From NCBI GenBank assembly GCA_002898395.1, contig BEHE01000001.1, positions 1-64,000 of the forward strand: 64,000 bases of DNA, given 5' to 3'. Position 1 is the first letter of the stretch. Each line of letters starts with the position of its first letter. Positions 39,389 to 49,093 of the stretch are shown one piece after another. The translations under genes were made by a program, and so were the position numbers. The notes under the pieces are model-generated. The model did no database searches. It worked only from the letters and a program-made list of their open reading frames with translations, and was not told the DNA's origin. The DNA comes from Candidatus Calditenuaceae archaeon HR02 (lineage in GTDB: Archaea > Thermoproteota > Nitrososphaeria_A > Caldarchaeales > Calditenuaceae).

Positions 39389-40105
39389 ATGCCTAGGCGT
39401 ATCAGGGCCCAGAGAATTGGGCGCGGCTCTCCGACCTACGTGGCGAGCATTCAGAGACACTTCGAGGTGGGAATACCTGCAGAGCTGCCCAGGAATGGTG
39501 AGCTGATAACGGGATACGTCAGGGATATACTACACGACCCTGGCAGGGGGGCACCAGTCGCAGAAGTCGAGGCCAACGACAAAGTATTCTACATCCCCGC
39601 GGTACAGGGAATGTATGTAGGCCAGAAGATAGAGATTGGGAGCAAGGCAAGCCCCTCCATAGGAAACATACTGCCTGTGGGTGTTCTGCCCGAGGGTGCG
39701 GTAGTCTCGACCGTTGAGCTTAGGCCTGGGGATGGAGGGGTGCTGGCTAGATCGTCTGGAGCATACGCTTCAGTCATCTCTCAAGTAGGCGACAAGACAA
39801 TCATCAGGCTACCCTCGAGGAAGCTTGTTGAGCTGAGTGGGAAATGCCTCGCCGTAGTAGGGGCAGTCGCGGGTGGCGGCAGGGTGGATAAACCCATGCT
39901 CAAGGCTGGGAAAAAATACTGGCTGATGAAGGCGAAGCACAGGCCTTATCCGAGGGTCAGAGGCGTGGCGATGGTTCCCGCTAGACATCCTTTCGGAGGC
40001 GGGAGTCATAAGAAGATCGGGCGGCCAGAGACTGTTAAGAGAACCGCACCACCTGGTAGGAAGGTCGGTCTTATTGCCGCGAGGCGCACTGGGAGGAAGA
40101 GGTAG
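39389..40105 (+). CDS. rpl2: 50S ribosomal protein L2
   Basis: HDPGRGAP, RVRGVAM, HPFGGG, PPGRKVGLIAARRTG. Confidence 0.97.
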   Translation: MPRRIRAQRIGRGSPTYVASIQRHFEVGIPAELPRNGELITGYVRDILHDPGRGAPVAEVEANDKVFYIPAVQGMYVGQKIEIGSKASPSIGNILPVGVLPEGAVVSTVELRPGDGGVLARSSGAYASVISQVGDKTIIRLPSRKLVELSGKCLAVVGAVAGGGRVDKPMLKAGKKYWLMKAKHRPYPRVRGVAMVPARHPFGGGSHKKIGRPETVKRTAPPGRKVGLIAARRTGRKR

Positions 40106-40111
40106 ACATCT

Positions 40112-41452
40112 CTAGGTCGTCCCCAACTGCCACTCTCTGAGATACTTTACCTGCTCCTCGGTTAGGGACTCGAGCTTCACTCCCATTGAGGCAAGCTTCT
40201 CCCTGGCAACCATGTCGTCGATCTCCTGCGGTAGTAGGTATACCCGCCTCTCAAGCTTTTCGCGATTCTCGACCAAGTACTTGACAGCGAGCGCCTGGAG
40301 CGAAAAGCTCAGATCCATCACCTCGGGAGGATGACCCTCAGCAGCCACCAGGTTTACAAGCCTTCCATCAGCCAGCAGATAGAGCTCGCGACCATCACTG
40401 AGCACGTACTTTGTTATGAGGTCGGATATTCTCTCCACTCTGATGGAGAGCTTGGCGAGGTCCCGCTTAGATATCTCGACATCATAGTGCCCTGCGTTGG
40501 CCATTATGGCTCCACTTCTCATCTTCAGGAAGTGTTCTTCGCGAATCACGTTGATGTCGCCTGTAGCGGTGATGAATATGTCGCCTATTGCTGCTGCCTC
40601 GTTCATGTCAGTGACTCTGAAGCCGTTCATTGCTGCCATAAGGGCCTTGACGGGTGAGGGCTCCACCACTATGACCTCACAGCCCATCCCCCTCGCCCTC
40701 ATCGCTATGCCGGAGCCCACCTGCCCATAACCGGCAACCACGACCCTCTTACCTGCAAGCAGGATTCCCGTGGCCCTCATAATACCGTCTAGGACGGACT
40801 GTCCTGTTCCTATCGGGTTGTCAAAGAGCCTCTTAGTGGGCGAGTCGTTCACGGCTATGATGGGATATAGTAGCAGGCCTTGAGCCTCAAGAGAGCGAAG
40901 TCTAGTTACACCCGTGGTGGTCTCCTCGGTTCCACCATAGATGCTGGAGCAAGACCCCCTGGGGTCGCTCAGGACCCTAGTAGCCCAGGACACACTCTCA
41001 TCCCTCATACCATGCAAAATCTTGTGAACGGTCGAGGTCAGGTCAGCCCCGTCATCGATCGTGATGAAGGGCTCCAGCCTAAGAGTCCATCCTATACACT
41101 CATAGTACTCCTGCGGGCTCATGCCCCTAACAGCGTATACTCTGACACCCTTAGAGGCGAGAGCCGAGGCAACATCGTCTTGCGTGCTAAGAGGGTTGGA
41201 GGCGCAGAGCGCAACCTCAGCACCGCCAGCCCTAAGCGTCTCAACCAAGACAGCAGTCTCCTTCGTAACATGCAGACAAGCCGCAACCCTCACACCCTCA
41301 AGAGGCCTCTCCTCCAAAAACCTCCTCCTAATCGAGAGACAAACAGGCATCAGCCTCTCAGCCCAAGAAATCCTCCTTAGCCCCTGTTCAGCAAGCCCCA
41401 AGTCCCGGACCCAGAAGTCCCCACCAGCCATCTCCCAACTAACAAAACTCAC
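40112..41452 (-). CDS. ahcY: S-adenosylhomocysteine hydrolase
   Basis: [39 protein letters not shown]. Confidence 0.96.
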   Translation of the reverse strand: MSFVSWEMAGGDFWVRDLGLAEQGLRRISWAERLMPVCLSIRRRFLEERPLEGVRVAACLHVTKETAVLVETLRAGGAEVALCASNPLSTQDDVASALASKGVRVYAVRGMSPQEYYECIGWTLRLEPFITIDDGADLTSTVHKILHGMRDESVSWATRVLSDPRGSCSSIYGGTEETTTGVTRLRSLEAQGLLLYPIIAVNDSPTKRLFDNPIGTGQSVLDGIMRATGILLAGKRVVVAGYGQVGSGIAMRARGMGCEVIVVEPSPVKALMAAMNGFRVTDMNEAAAIGDIFITATGDINVIREEHFLKMRSGAIMANAGHYDVEISKRDLAKLSIRVERISDLITKYVLSDGRELYLLADGRLVNLVAAEGHPPEVMDLSFSLQALAVKYLVENREKLERRVYLLPQEIDDMVAREKLASMGVKLESLTEEQVKYLREWQLGTT

Positions 41453-41514
41453 ACCCTAATAAAGAAAAACAACCACTACAAACAGCACCAGGGTGTACTC
41501 CTAAGATAGGAAAC

Positions 41515-42405
41515 TTAAATCAGCCGAATATTACTAGGATCTATGTCAAAAAGTTTTAAAAGCCGCTCAGTATATCGTATTATTGACATTATATTGAGAC
41601 TACATTCAACGTAAAATCCAGAGACAAGTTTCGGGTCCCTGAACATTTCTCCCGATTGATGAATAGGTCTATCATTTACTAAGTATCTTTTACGGCCTAC
41701 TTGGATCGGGAGTTTGTCTTTCGTTAGCCTGTTAGTCTCGACTAGCCACTCAACAGTAGTTAGCAGTATTTCTCTCCATTTCTTGATTGTGTACCGCTTT
41801 CCGTCGGGGAATAAAATTTCTCTATACGTCATCTTTGAGCCAGGCTTAGCGTTAATTCTACTCAAAGGTACTCCGCCATTTCCAGCGACCTTTACTCTTC
41901 CTTCTATTTCACGTGACGTTAACGGTTTTTGCGCCTCTCCTGTGAAGGGCGAGTGTCTGAGGATTATGAAGGCTTTTCTCAGGACTTCTCCCGGATCTTC
42001 CCTCAATATGTCCCACTCGGCTATCTTCTTCTCCGGTAAGGGTTTAGGGATGAAGGTGTCGTATATTTCCCATTTCATGCCGTCGGTTGCGATGAAGTAT
42101 TTTACGCCCTCAGTGACGCAGTAAGAGATGTATTGCTGTAGATCCTCCTGCCTCCCTAGACTCTTAGCACCTATGAAGGCTAGCGGCACTGTACCACCGT
42201 GTAGTAGTGCATAGTCTGGGCGCCCGGCCTGTGTTGAGAACTCCGGTCTAACCTGCTCGGGGTCCTCGGTATCCCAGCACAAGAGCCGCAGAAACGGGTC
42301 AATAAGAGCATAGCGGGTCAGCATCTCGTTCTTAGCGAGTTGTTCCCTATACTTGTTGGCCCTCTCCCGAAGTATCCTAATCTTCTCGAGTGCTTCCCGA
42401 AACAA
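41515..42405 (-). CDS. HsdR-N-like PD-(D/E)xK restriction nuclease domain fused to a SeqA-C-like domain
   Basis: NE-TR-LIDPFL, PE...RPDYAL, QQYISY, TDG-W; C-terminal WREIL...GRKRY...PK...FYVE; AT-rich; start placed at TTG 42405. Confidence 0.7.
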   Translation of the reverse strand: MFREALEKIRILRERANKYREQLAKNEMLTRYALIDPFLRLLCWDTEDPEQVRPEFSTQAGRPDYALLHGGTVPLAFIGAKSLGRQEDLQQYISYCVTEGVKYFIATDGMKWEIYDTFIPKPLPEKKIAEWDILREDPGEVLRKAFIILRHSPFTGEAQKPLTSREIEGRVKVAGNGGVPLSRINAKPGSKMTYREILFPDGKRYTIKKWREILLTTVEWLVETNRLTKDKLPIQVGRKRYLVNDRPIHQSGEMFRDPKLVSGFYVECSLNIMSIIRYTERLLKLFDIDPSNIRLI

Positions 42406-42622
42406 TCCAAAAATTGAGCCGGTTTGAAGTATAAAAATTTTCAAAATACGTGATACAATAGAAGTCAATCATGGAGCTGGGTGCTACGCCTCACATGGGA
42501 GAACATACCTGCAGGGAGGGGTGAGGTCTCCTTATAGACCTGTAGATGTTGTGGGTGCCACGATGTTCTCCGAGGCTGGTTGTGGAGACTTATTAACTGG
42601 GGTGCGGCTCAATCATGGTGGC

Positions 42623-43048
42623 ATGGAGCTGACTTCACGGGAGGCATATGAGAAGATGCTGGACCGGGCGTTGACTAGAGTGAAGTCCAGCAGAGCTGAT
42701 CGGGGGGAGCGCACCATCTCCCTCACACCTGAGATAGTCCACGAGCAGAGGCAGACAATCATCACAAACTTCAAACAGCTCGCAGATGCTCTTGGCAGGG
42801 AGCCCCAACACCTGGCCCGCTTTATCTTCAAAGAGACGGGGAGGCCTGGAACCCTAGATGGTGAGAGAGCAATCCTGAGTGGGAGAGTTGGTGATGAAGA
42901 GTTAGGGAAGCTTCTCCAGCTCTACTTTAAGGAGTTTGTAAAGTGCCCAGTCTGCGGGGGGATTGACACTAAAATAGTCTCGGAGAAGAGGTTCAGATTC
43001 TTAGTCTGCGAAATATGTGGCGCCAAGACACCTATCAGGAAGATATAG
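42623..43048 (+). CDS. eif2b: Translation initiation factor aIF-2 beta
   Basis: YEKMLDRA, TIITNF, C-terminal CPVC...CEICGA zinc ribbon; start at ATG 42623. Confidence 0.93.
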   Translation: MELTSREAYEKMLDRALTRVKSSRADRGERTISLTPEIVHEQRQTIITNFKQLADALGREPQHLARFIFKETGRPGTLDGERAILSGRVGDEELGKLLQLYFKEFVKCPVCGGIDTKIVSEKRFRFLVCEICGAKTPIRKI

Positions 43049-43059
43049 TGGGTTGGCTG

Positions 43060-43233
43060 TTAGTCTGGCCATCCGCCACAAGCACAGAAGCCGAGCGCGT
43101 CTATCCTGCAGCCACAAACCTCGCAATGGTCTGGACCATACGAAAACTCGTCAACGGGTACGCCATAGACATAGTCATGCTCGTCTGAAAGCTCACGGCA
43201 AATGTCACTCAACAAATCACCACCCCAAACCAT
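43060..43233 (-). CDS. Cys-rich microprotein (50-57 aa), absent from the ORF track
   Basis: MVWGGDLLSDICRELSDEHDYVYGVPVDEFSYGPDHCEVCGCRIDALGFCACGGWPD*; SD-like GGTGGTGA precedes alternative TTG starts at 43215/43212. Confidence 0.7.
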   Translation of the reverse strand: MVWGGDLLSDICRELSDEHDYVYGVPVDEFSYGPDHCEVCGCRIDALGFCACGGWPD

Positions 43234-43401
43234 CACAAACCATCCCCACCAAAGAATCCACAGACATGTTTATTTCTCTTAGATGTGCCCTCCCTCATCT
43301 TTAAACCCGCCGAACATACTTGGATATGGTTCTCAGTTTCGGTGCTGGGCTTCCCTTTTTAAAGCCTTAAATACCCCCGCCACGCTTTATAAAGCTCAGG
43401 G

Positions 43402-43986
43402 TTGGAACAAAAATATCCCGAACCGACAATCGAGATACAAAACGTTGTCGCCTCCGTCACACTTAACCAGAGGCTTGACTTGAATGCTATCCAGAACGCG
43501 TTTCCTGAGGCCGAGTATAAGCCCGCACAGTTTCCGGGCCTCGTTTTCAGGCTTGCTAAGCCCAAGACAGCCACACTGATCTTCAGTAGTGGGAAGATGG
43601 TTTGTACTGGTGCTAAGAGTGAGGAGGAGGCTGTCAAGGCTGTCAAGATTGTGGTGAAGCTTTTGAAGAGGGAGAACTTCCTGATTAGGGAGGAGCCGAT
43701 AATAGAGATACAGAACATTGTGGCCTCAATAGACCTTCACGGGAGAATAAATCTCATCCAGGCAGCCCAGTCCCTCGAGAACGTCATGTATGAGCCTGAA
43801 CAGTTCCCCGGCTTGATCTATAGGATGGCAAGCCCTAAGGTTGTGATACTTATGTTTGCGAGTGGTAAGCTGGTCTGTACAGGTGCTAAGTATGAGAAGG
43901 AGGTCTATGAGGCGATTCGTATCCTGAGAAATGAGCTTATTGAGAAGGGGCTTATTACCTATATGGTCCAGTCGCAGGGAGTCTAA
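43402..43986 (+). CDS. tbp: TATA-box binding protein
   Basis: Two repeats IQNVVAS...QFPGL...IFSSGKMVCTGAK. Confidence 0.98.
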   Translation: MEQKYPEPTIEIQNVVASVTLNQRLDLNAIQNAFPEAEYKPAQFPGLVFRLAKPKTATLIFSSGKMVCTGAKSEEEAVKAVKIVVKLLKRENFLIREEPIIEIQNIVASIDLHGRINLIQAAQSLENVMYEPEQFPGLIYRMASPKVVILMFASGKLVCTGAKYEKEVYEAIRILRNELIEKGLITYMVQSQGV

Positions 43987-44040
43987 TGCCTACAAGAGAA
44001 GAATCTTGTAGTTTTGTACATGGTGGAGGTTGGGGATTAA

Positions 44041-44541
44041 GTGGGTGAGGAAAGGCTGAGGATTATTATCCAGATGGGGGAGCTGCGGGCTGAGGCAGAA
44101 GGGACGGCCGAAGAGGTTTTAAGGTTCATTTCGAGCTTCATTGGGCAACACCTGCCGGCCTATAACCTAGCACGCCGCCTCGCGTCTGGCCCAGATCTTG
44201 CCAAGCTGGTTGACGCACTCCAAGACTTCATCGCCTACAGTGAGGGGGAGGGACTCTACATCAAGCCCACCGCACGCGGCCTCTCTAACCCGCAGAGAAT
44301 ACTCCTCTATCTAGCAAAGAAACGGATTGAGGGGCTCATGGGCCTCTCCGAGAAGAACAGCGCTGGCGTTGTTGAGCTTGCAGAGACCCTAGGTGTGAAC
44401 ACTAAGACGATAACGGCTAGGCTTGCGGAGCTTGTCCGTGAAGGATTGATTCAGAGGGTAGAGAGAGGAGAGTACCAAGTCACGATGGCGGGCCTAGAGG
44501 AGCTTATCAACCGCCTCAAGACGCCTGGCCAAGAGGGGTAG
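44041..44541 (+). CDS. Winged-helix DNA-binding protein with N-terminal beta-beta-alpha domain
   Basis: ELAETLGVNTKTITARLAELVREGLIQRVERGEYQVT. Confidence 0.75.
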   Translation: MGEERLRIIIQMGELRAEAEGTAEEVLRFISSFIGQHLPAYNLARRLASGPDLAKLVDALQDFIAYSEGEGLYIKPTARGLSNPQRILLYLAKKRIEGLMGLSEKNSAGVVELAETLGVNTKTITARLAELVREGLIQRVERGEYQVTMAGLEELINRLKTPGQEG

Positions 44542-44995
44542 CCCCACCCTCAACCCCTCCTGACTTTTCGGCAGCCTCTTCAGCAGCCCTCTCAATGGAC
44601 TTGGATGCGCGGTAGATGTATCTCTTGGGCTTCCCCTCGCGGATGAGGACCTCCCTTCTGACCAAGTCTAGGAGGCCGTGGGCCACCGCCGTGGGATCAT
44701 AGTGGTATCCCCTCCTGGCCAGCTCCCCGACAACCTCGGATAGGCTCCGCGGAGTTGAGAACCATCCCTCCTCAACCATCCTCTCTAAGAGGTCGAGGCA
44801 CGTTGTTGTACGGTGCTCTAGCCTTTTGGCCTGTGAAGGCTGTACAGCCTTGGCCTGCTGAATCCCTAGAACCGAGCGTCTGACCGCCTCCTCGACATTT
44901 TCCAGAGTAGTCTCAATCTCGACGGTCATGTCTCCTACGGTCAGCCTTACTTTTACTGGTTCTTTATTGTTGGACATGTTGTTCATCTTGCGCAA
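44516..44995 (-). CDS. Winged-helix DNA-binding protein with N-terminal beta-beta-alpha domain
   Basis: EGWFSTPRSLSEV...L-DLVRREVL-REG...Y-Y. Confidence 0.75.
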   Translation of the reverse strand: MRKMNNMSNNKEPVKVRLTVGDMTVEIETTLENVEEAVRRSVLGIQQAKAVQPSQAKRLEHRTTTCLDLLERMVEEGWFSTPRSLSEVVGELARRGYHYDPTAVAHGLLDLVRREVLIREGKPKRYIYRASKSIERAAEEAAEKSGGVEGGATPLGQAS

Positions 44996-45024
44996 AATTA
45001 ATAAGCAAGCAATCCTTTACCATA

Positions 45025-46050
45025 GTGCGGGTGCCTTGGGACGTGGATGACATCTTGAGCAAGCTGAACACCATGAATAAGCCGATAGAGGAGGTATTTA
45101 TGAATTATATCGATGAGATAAACAACATCCCCCTCGCAGAACTCAACGGTGGTCTTGGGCCCTTCCATCAGCGGACCGAGTGGGGGGCTGAGTTGTGGGA
45201 GGAGGGGGATTGGATTCCGCTCAATCTTGTAGAGCTGCATATCCCCGTCGTTTCACTGGGACCCGCGCCCTGCAGTGACGTTGTGGCGGTTGATGCCTCT
45301 GTGGTGCGGGTCGCGGAGTCGAGGCAGGGCCTGGTTATCGGGCTGAGGGCTGCGATCGTCTTCAGAACCCGCGAGGGGGTCTCTCTGAAGGTAATAGGCC
45401 CGGTCCTGAGGCTTGTAAAGCCTGCATCGCCCTTGAGTATCGGCCATGAGGTCAGGGAGGAGCTCAGATACTTTGAGAGGCTTGTGCAACTTTGGGTCAT
45501 CACAAATATCAGGGCCGGCATCTACCTCTTTGATGGGACGCTTGTAGCAGGATACGACAGGTCCAACAGCCTCCTAGAAGCCGTTTTAGAGGTGGCTGAA
45601 TATACAAGCCGAGCCATACTAGGCTTCTCCAAGGAGAGCTTACTGGTGAGGGGAGGGGCCGAGATGGAGCTCTGGGACAGAGACATATCACCGCCTTATG
45701 TGCGGGACTTGACAGGGCCCATAAAGTCGGTTTGGAGCGGTATTAAGCCTCTGGGCAGTGTATTCTTGGTCAAGCTAGCGCCATCACTCTACCCCTTCAG
45801 GGTCGATGCCTATCCGGCCGAGAGAGGGATTGATGCGCTCTCATCCCTGCTTTCATCGGACGCTCTGATACATGGCTATCCAGAGACGCTCATACTTGCT
45901 CACACCCACGCAACATTCAGCTGGATGGATGTAGTGGCTATGAGAAGCACCCTCTTAGGGCAGACAAGCACCGCGATCTCAAGCATCTTCAACCAACGCC
46001 TGATGGTGTTAACACCTTTCGAGACAAGGGGTCATGAAGATCCTACGTAA
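45025..46050 (+). CDS. nurA: NurA-family nuclease
   Basis: VAVDAS, YLFDGTL, GFSKES, FRVD, GYPETLILAH. Confidence 0.8.
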   Translation: MRVPWDVDDILSKLNTMNKPIEEVFMNYIDEINNIPLAELNGGLGPFHQRTEWGAELWEEGDWIPLNLVELHIPVVSLGPAPCSDVVAVDASVVRVAESRQGLVIGLRAAIVFRTREGVSLKVIGPVLRLVKPASPLSIGHEVREELRYFERLVQLWVITNIRAGIYLFDGTLVAGYDRSNSLLEAVLEVAEYTSRAILGFSKESLLVRGGAEMELWDRDISPPYVRDLTGPIKSVWSGIKPLGSVFLVKLAPSLYPFRVDAYPAERGIDALSSLLSSDALIHGYPETLILAHTHATFSWMDVVAMRSTLLGQTSTAISSIFNQRLMVLTPFETRGHEDPT

Positions 46051-47482
46051 GAATAATGGCACTTTTGAGATCCTCGCGCTTCCAGGCGACACAGAGATAG
46101 AGCGAGGTGAGTATATAGCCGCTGTCGAGGGTGATAAGGCCCTCATACTCGAGGTTATAGACGTGGAATATGCGGACATTCCAGGCCTCCTCGAAGACCT
46201 TCTCAGAGAGCTAACTCTTCAGAAAGCCTCTATGAGCATATACGACCCACATGGTGTCAGTTCAATAACATTTTCAATTCGAGAGTCCAAAGTTATAGTG
46301 GCGAAGCTTCGTACAGTCGTATGGCGTGATTGCGTCAGGCTTAACTCGCTCTGGATTCCCTCAAGGTTTACATCGAAGATTCAGCGTATCCCTACAAGCG
46401 AGGTGTTGAGGCATGTTAAAGGAGAGCCCCAGATACCCATCGAGATTGGGGGGTCGTTCGGCGAGCAAATAGCAATAGATGCCGCAGACCTTGATAACTC
46501 TCTAACAATTGTCACAGGGAGGAAAGGGACAGGAAAGTCGCACTTGGTAAAGGTCTTGCTATACGAGCTAGTCAGACATGGATGCTACGCATTGGTCTTC
46601 GACATTAATGGGGAATACTGTGGGCTTGGTCATGCAAAAGAAGGTGAGTCAAACGATGTGTCCGACAAGATAATTATAGCGAGGCCCTGCATAGACTTCA
46701 AAGTCGGTCTGGAGGCCATGGGCCTAGACGTGATTATGGATATACTTGAGCACGTCTTCGCTACACCGCAGAACAGCATAAGGGAGTTTGCGAGGCTCTG
46801 GGAATACTTGGAGAGGAGCGGCAAACTCACCATCGAAGGGCTTCTCGGCGAGGTACGTAGAGTCCATATGAACGAGGCTGTCAGAGACGCGTTGATGAGC
46901 AGGCTTCACGTCATCCTCGGCTCAGGCTTCATCATCGATGGAGACTACGACCCAATATACCAGCTATTCAACAGCCGGGAAGACGGGCTCCTAGTTGTGG
47001 TCGACCTTTCAAGGCTGAGGCCTATGGTCAGGAGGATGGTTGTCGAATATGTCCTGAGCGGGATTACAAGACACCTCTCAGAAAGCACTATCCCGCCACT
47101 CTTCCTCGTCTCGGAGGAGGCACACCTCTACGTTGGCGAGACGTATTGGGAGGATATAGTTACGAGGATGCGGCATTTAGGAATCTCGCCTATATTCGTG
47201 ACCAACCAGCCTGATTCAATCCCGGAGCTTATCTACAGACAGGCAGACAACTTATTCCTCTTCAACTTCGTAAACGAGAACGACCTCGAAGCACTCTCGA
47301 GATTCAGCCATGTTGACTCTGAGACGGTTAAGAAGATAGCTCCCTCGCTCGAGCTCGGCCAGGCCCTCATCATCGGCAGTATCGTGGGCAACATACCTAT
47401 CCTCGTTAAGATTAAGGACATAAATGCGAGGGTTCTGGGGCGGACGAAGAGATTCTTTAAATCGCTGGAGCAAAAGGTATAG
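46034..47482 (+). CDS. herA: HerA-family ATPase/helicase
   Basis: GRKGTGKS, FDINGEY, SEEAHLY, RMRHLG, TNQP. Confidence 0.85.
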   Translation: MKILRKNNGTFEILALPGDTEIERGEYIAAVEGDKALILEVIDVEYADIPGLLEDLLRELTLQKASMSIYDPHGVSSITFSIRESKVIVAKLRTVVWRDCVRLNSLWIPSRFTSKIQRIPTSEVLRHVKGEPQIPIEIGGSFGEQIAIDAADLDNSLTIVTGRKGTGKSHLVKVLLYELVRHGCYALVFDINGEYCGLGHAKEGESNDVSDKIIIARPCIDFKVGLEAMGLDVIMDILEHVFATPQNSIREFARLWEYLERSGKLTIEGLLGEVRRVHMNEAVRDALMSRLHVILGSGFIIDGDYDPIYQLFNSREDGLLVVVDLSRLRPMVRRMVVEYVLSGITRHLSESTIPPLFLVSEEAHLYVGETYWEDIVTRMRHLGISPIFVTNQPDSIPELIYRQADNLFLFNFVNENDLEALSRFSHVDSETVKKIAPSLELGQALIIGSIVGNIPILVKIKDINARVLGRTKRFFKSLEQKV

Positions 47483-47510
47483 AGAGTTCTGACAATCCTC
47501 TACACATGGA

Positions 47511-48161
47511 GTGAGGCGGGCTGTCAACAACGCTTATGTCAGGAGGCTTAGGGAGGAGTACTCGAGGCTAAGAGATGTGATTGAACAAAGGCTTGAAGAG
47601 TTTAGAAGGGTGGATAAGAGTAATGGCGGTAGACTCTTTGAAGAGCTTGTGTTCTGCATCCTAACTCCACAGTCGAGCGCGAGGAGGGCTGACTCAGCGG
47701 TTAGAGAGCTCTCGGAGAGAGGACTCTTGGAGAGAGGGCGGATCCGCGAGATATACTCTGTGCTTAGGCGTTGGGGTGTTAGGTTTCCGGCCAGGAAGGC
47801 GCAGTACATTGTGCTGAACAGGAGGAAGTTAAGATATGGGAGAGGTCTTCAGAGAATTCTCGGAGCAGATGCCCGCGCCACAAGGGAGGTTTTAGTGAGG
47901 AAGGTCTTGGGGATGGGCTACAAGGAAGCCTCCCACTTCCTGAGGAACATAGGATATGAAGGGCTGGCGATAATTGATAGACACGTCTTGAGAGGGCTAG
48001 TTAAAATTGGCGTACTAAACCAGGGCTTGGACGTCTCGAATAGAAAGAGGTACTTGCTTGTCGAGGAGAGGTTTATGGAGGCGGCGCGGATTGTTAGTGT
48101 GCCACCCGAGGCCCTTGACCTACTCCTCTGGTATGAAGGGACTGGGGAGATTTTCAAATGA
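47511..48161 (+). CDS. ogg: 8-oxoguanine DNA glycosylase / AP lyase
   Basis: ELVFCILTPQS, GMGYKEASHFLRN, IIDRHV, DLLLWY..TG..K. Confidence 0.92.
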   Translation: MRRAVNNAYVRRLREEYSRLRDVIEQRLEEFRRVDKSNGGRLFEELVFCILTPQSSARRADSAVRELSERGLLERGRIREIYSVLRRWGVRFPARKAQYIVLNRRKLRYGRGLQRILGADARATREVLVRKVLGMGYKEASHFLRNIGYEGLAIIDRHVLRGLVKIGVLNQGLDVSNRKRYLLVEERFMEAARIVSVPPEALDLLLWYEGTGEIFK

Positions 48162-49090
48162 TAGCTCCCTCGGAGGATTTCAGAATGCTTGCATCACAGC
48201 TCACTGATCTCGACCTCGAAGCCTATCTAAGGGTTGTGGAAGAGCCTTTGCCAGAATGTGTGAGGCTTAACACGCTAAAGTTCCGAGAAAAGGATGTTAG
48301 GGAGTTCATGCATTATAGGGGGTGGAGGTTAAAGCCTCTAGCATGGGTGAGGCATGGCTACAGGGTGCTCGAGGCCCCGGTGACCAATCTCGGCGACTCA
48401 TTAGAACATATGCTGGGACTGATCTATATTCAGGGTCCAGTGTCGATGCTTCCAGTGGAGGTCCTCGATGTAAGGGTTGGTGATAGGTGCCTCGACCTCT
48501 GCGCCGCTCCTGGCAGCAAGTCTACCCAGATGTGCCAGCTCGTGGGGCTTGACGGAGTCGTCGTGGCAAACGACGTCTCGAGTAAGAGGGTGAAGGCTCT
48601 CTCTTTCAACCTGCAGCGCTGGGGGGCGGTTAACTCGGTTGTGACACTCACGGATGGCAGGTTCTTCAGCAAATGGGGTGCTGGCTTGTTTGACAGAGTA
48701 CTTGTTGACGTTCCTTGCAGTTCTCTAGGCGTGGTGAGTAAGGATTGGTCAGTCCTTAAAAGATACAGGCATAACCACAGCAAGCGGCTCCAACCACTTC
48801 AAGCAGCACTCCTCGAGTCGGGGTACAGGTGCTTGAGACAGGGCGGCGTAATAGTCTACTCGACCTGCACAATTCATCCGCTCGAGAATGAGGCAGTAAT
48901 ATCACGGTTTCTGGATAGGCATCCGGAGGCAAGCCTCGAAGAGGTCAGGCCCCAGGGTCTAAGGTGGCGCAGACCCTTGGAGGCGTTTGAAGGCGAGAGG
49001 TTTAACCCAGAGGTGGAGAAGTGTTTTAAGTGCTACCCCTATGATAACAGCGGTGAGGGGTTCTTCATCGCCAAGATTAGGAGGGGGTGA
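48158..49090 (+). CDS. RsmB/NOL1/Nop2 family RNA m5C methyltransferase
   Basis: DLCAAPGSKS, DVPCS, YSTCT, ENE, GEGFFIA. Confidence 0.92.
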   Translation: MIAPSEDFRMLASQLTDLDLEAYLRVVEEPLPECVRLNTLKFREKDVREFMHYRGWRLKPLAWVRHGYRVLEAPVTNLGDSLEHMLGLIYIQGPVSMLPVEVLDVRVGDRCLDLCAAPGSKSTQMCQLVGLDGVVVANDVSSKRVKALSFNLQRWGAVNSVVTLTDGRFFSKWGAGLFDRVLVDVPCSSLGVVSKDWSVLKRYRHNHSKRLQPLQAALLESGYRCLRQGGVIVYSTCTIHPLENEAVISRFLDRHPEASLEEVRPQGLRWRRPLEAFEGERFNPEVEKCFKCYPYDNSGEGFFIAKIRRG

Positions 49091-49093
49091 GAC

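Noticed and set aside
43017-43304. 95-aa His/Arg-rich plus-strand ORF
   Set aside because: Antisense to the more convincing Cys-rich microprotein; composition follows the local C/A skew
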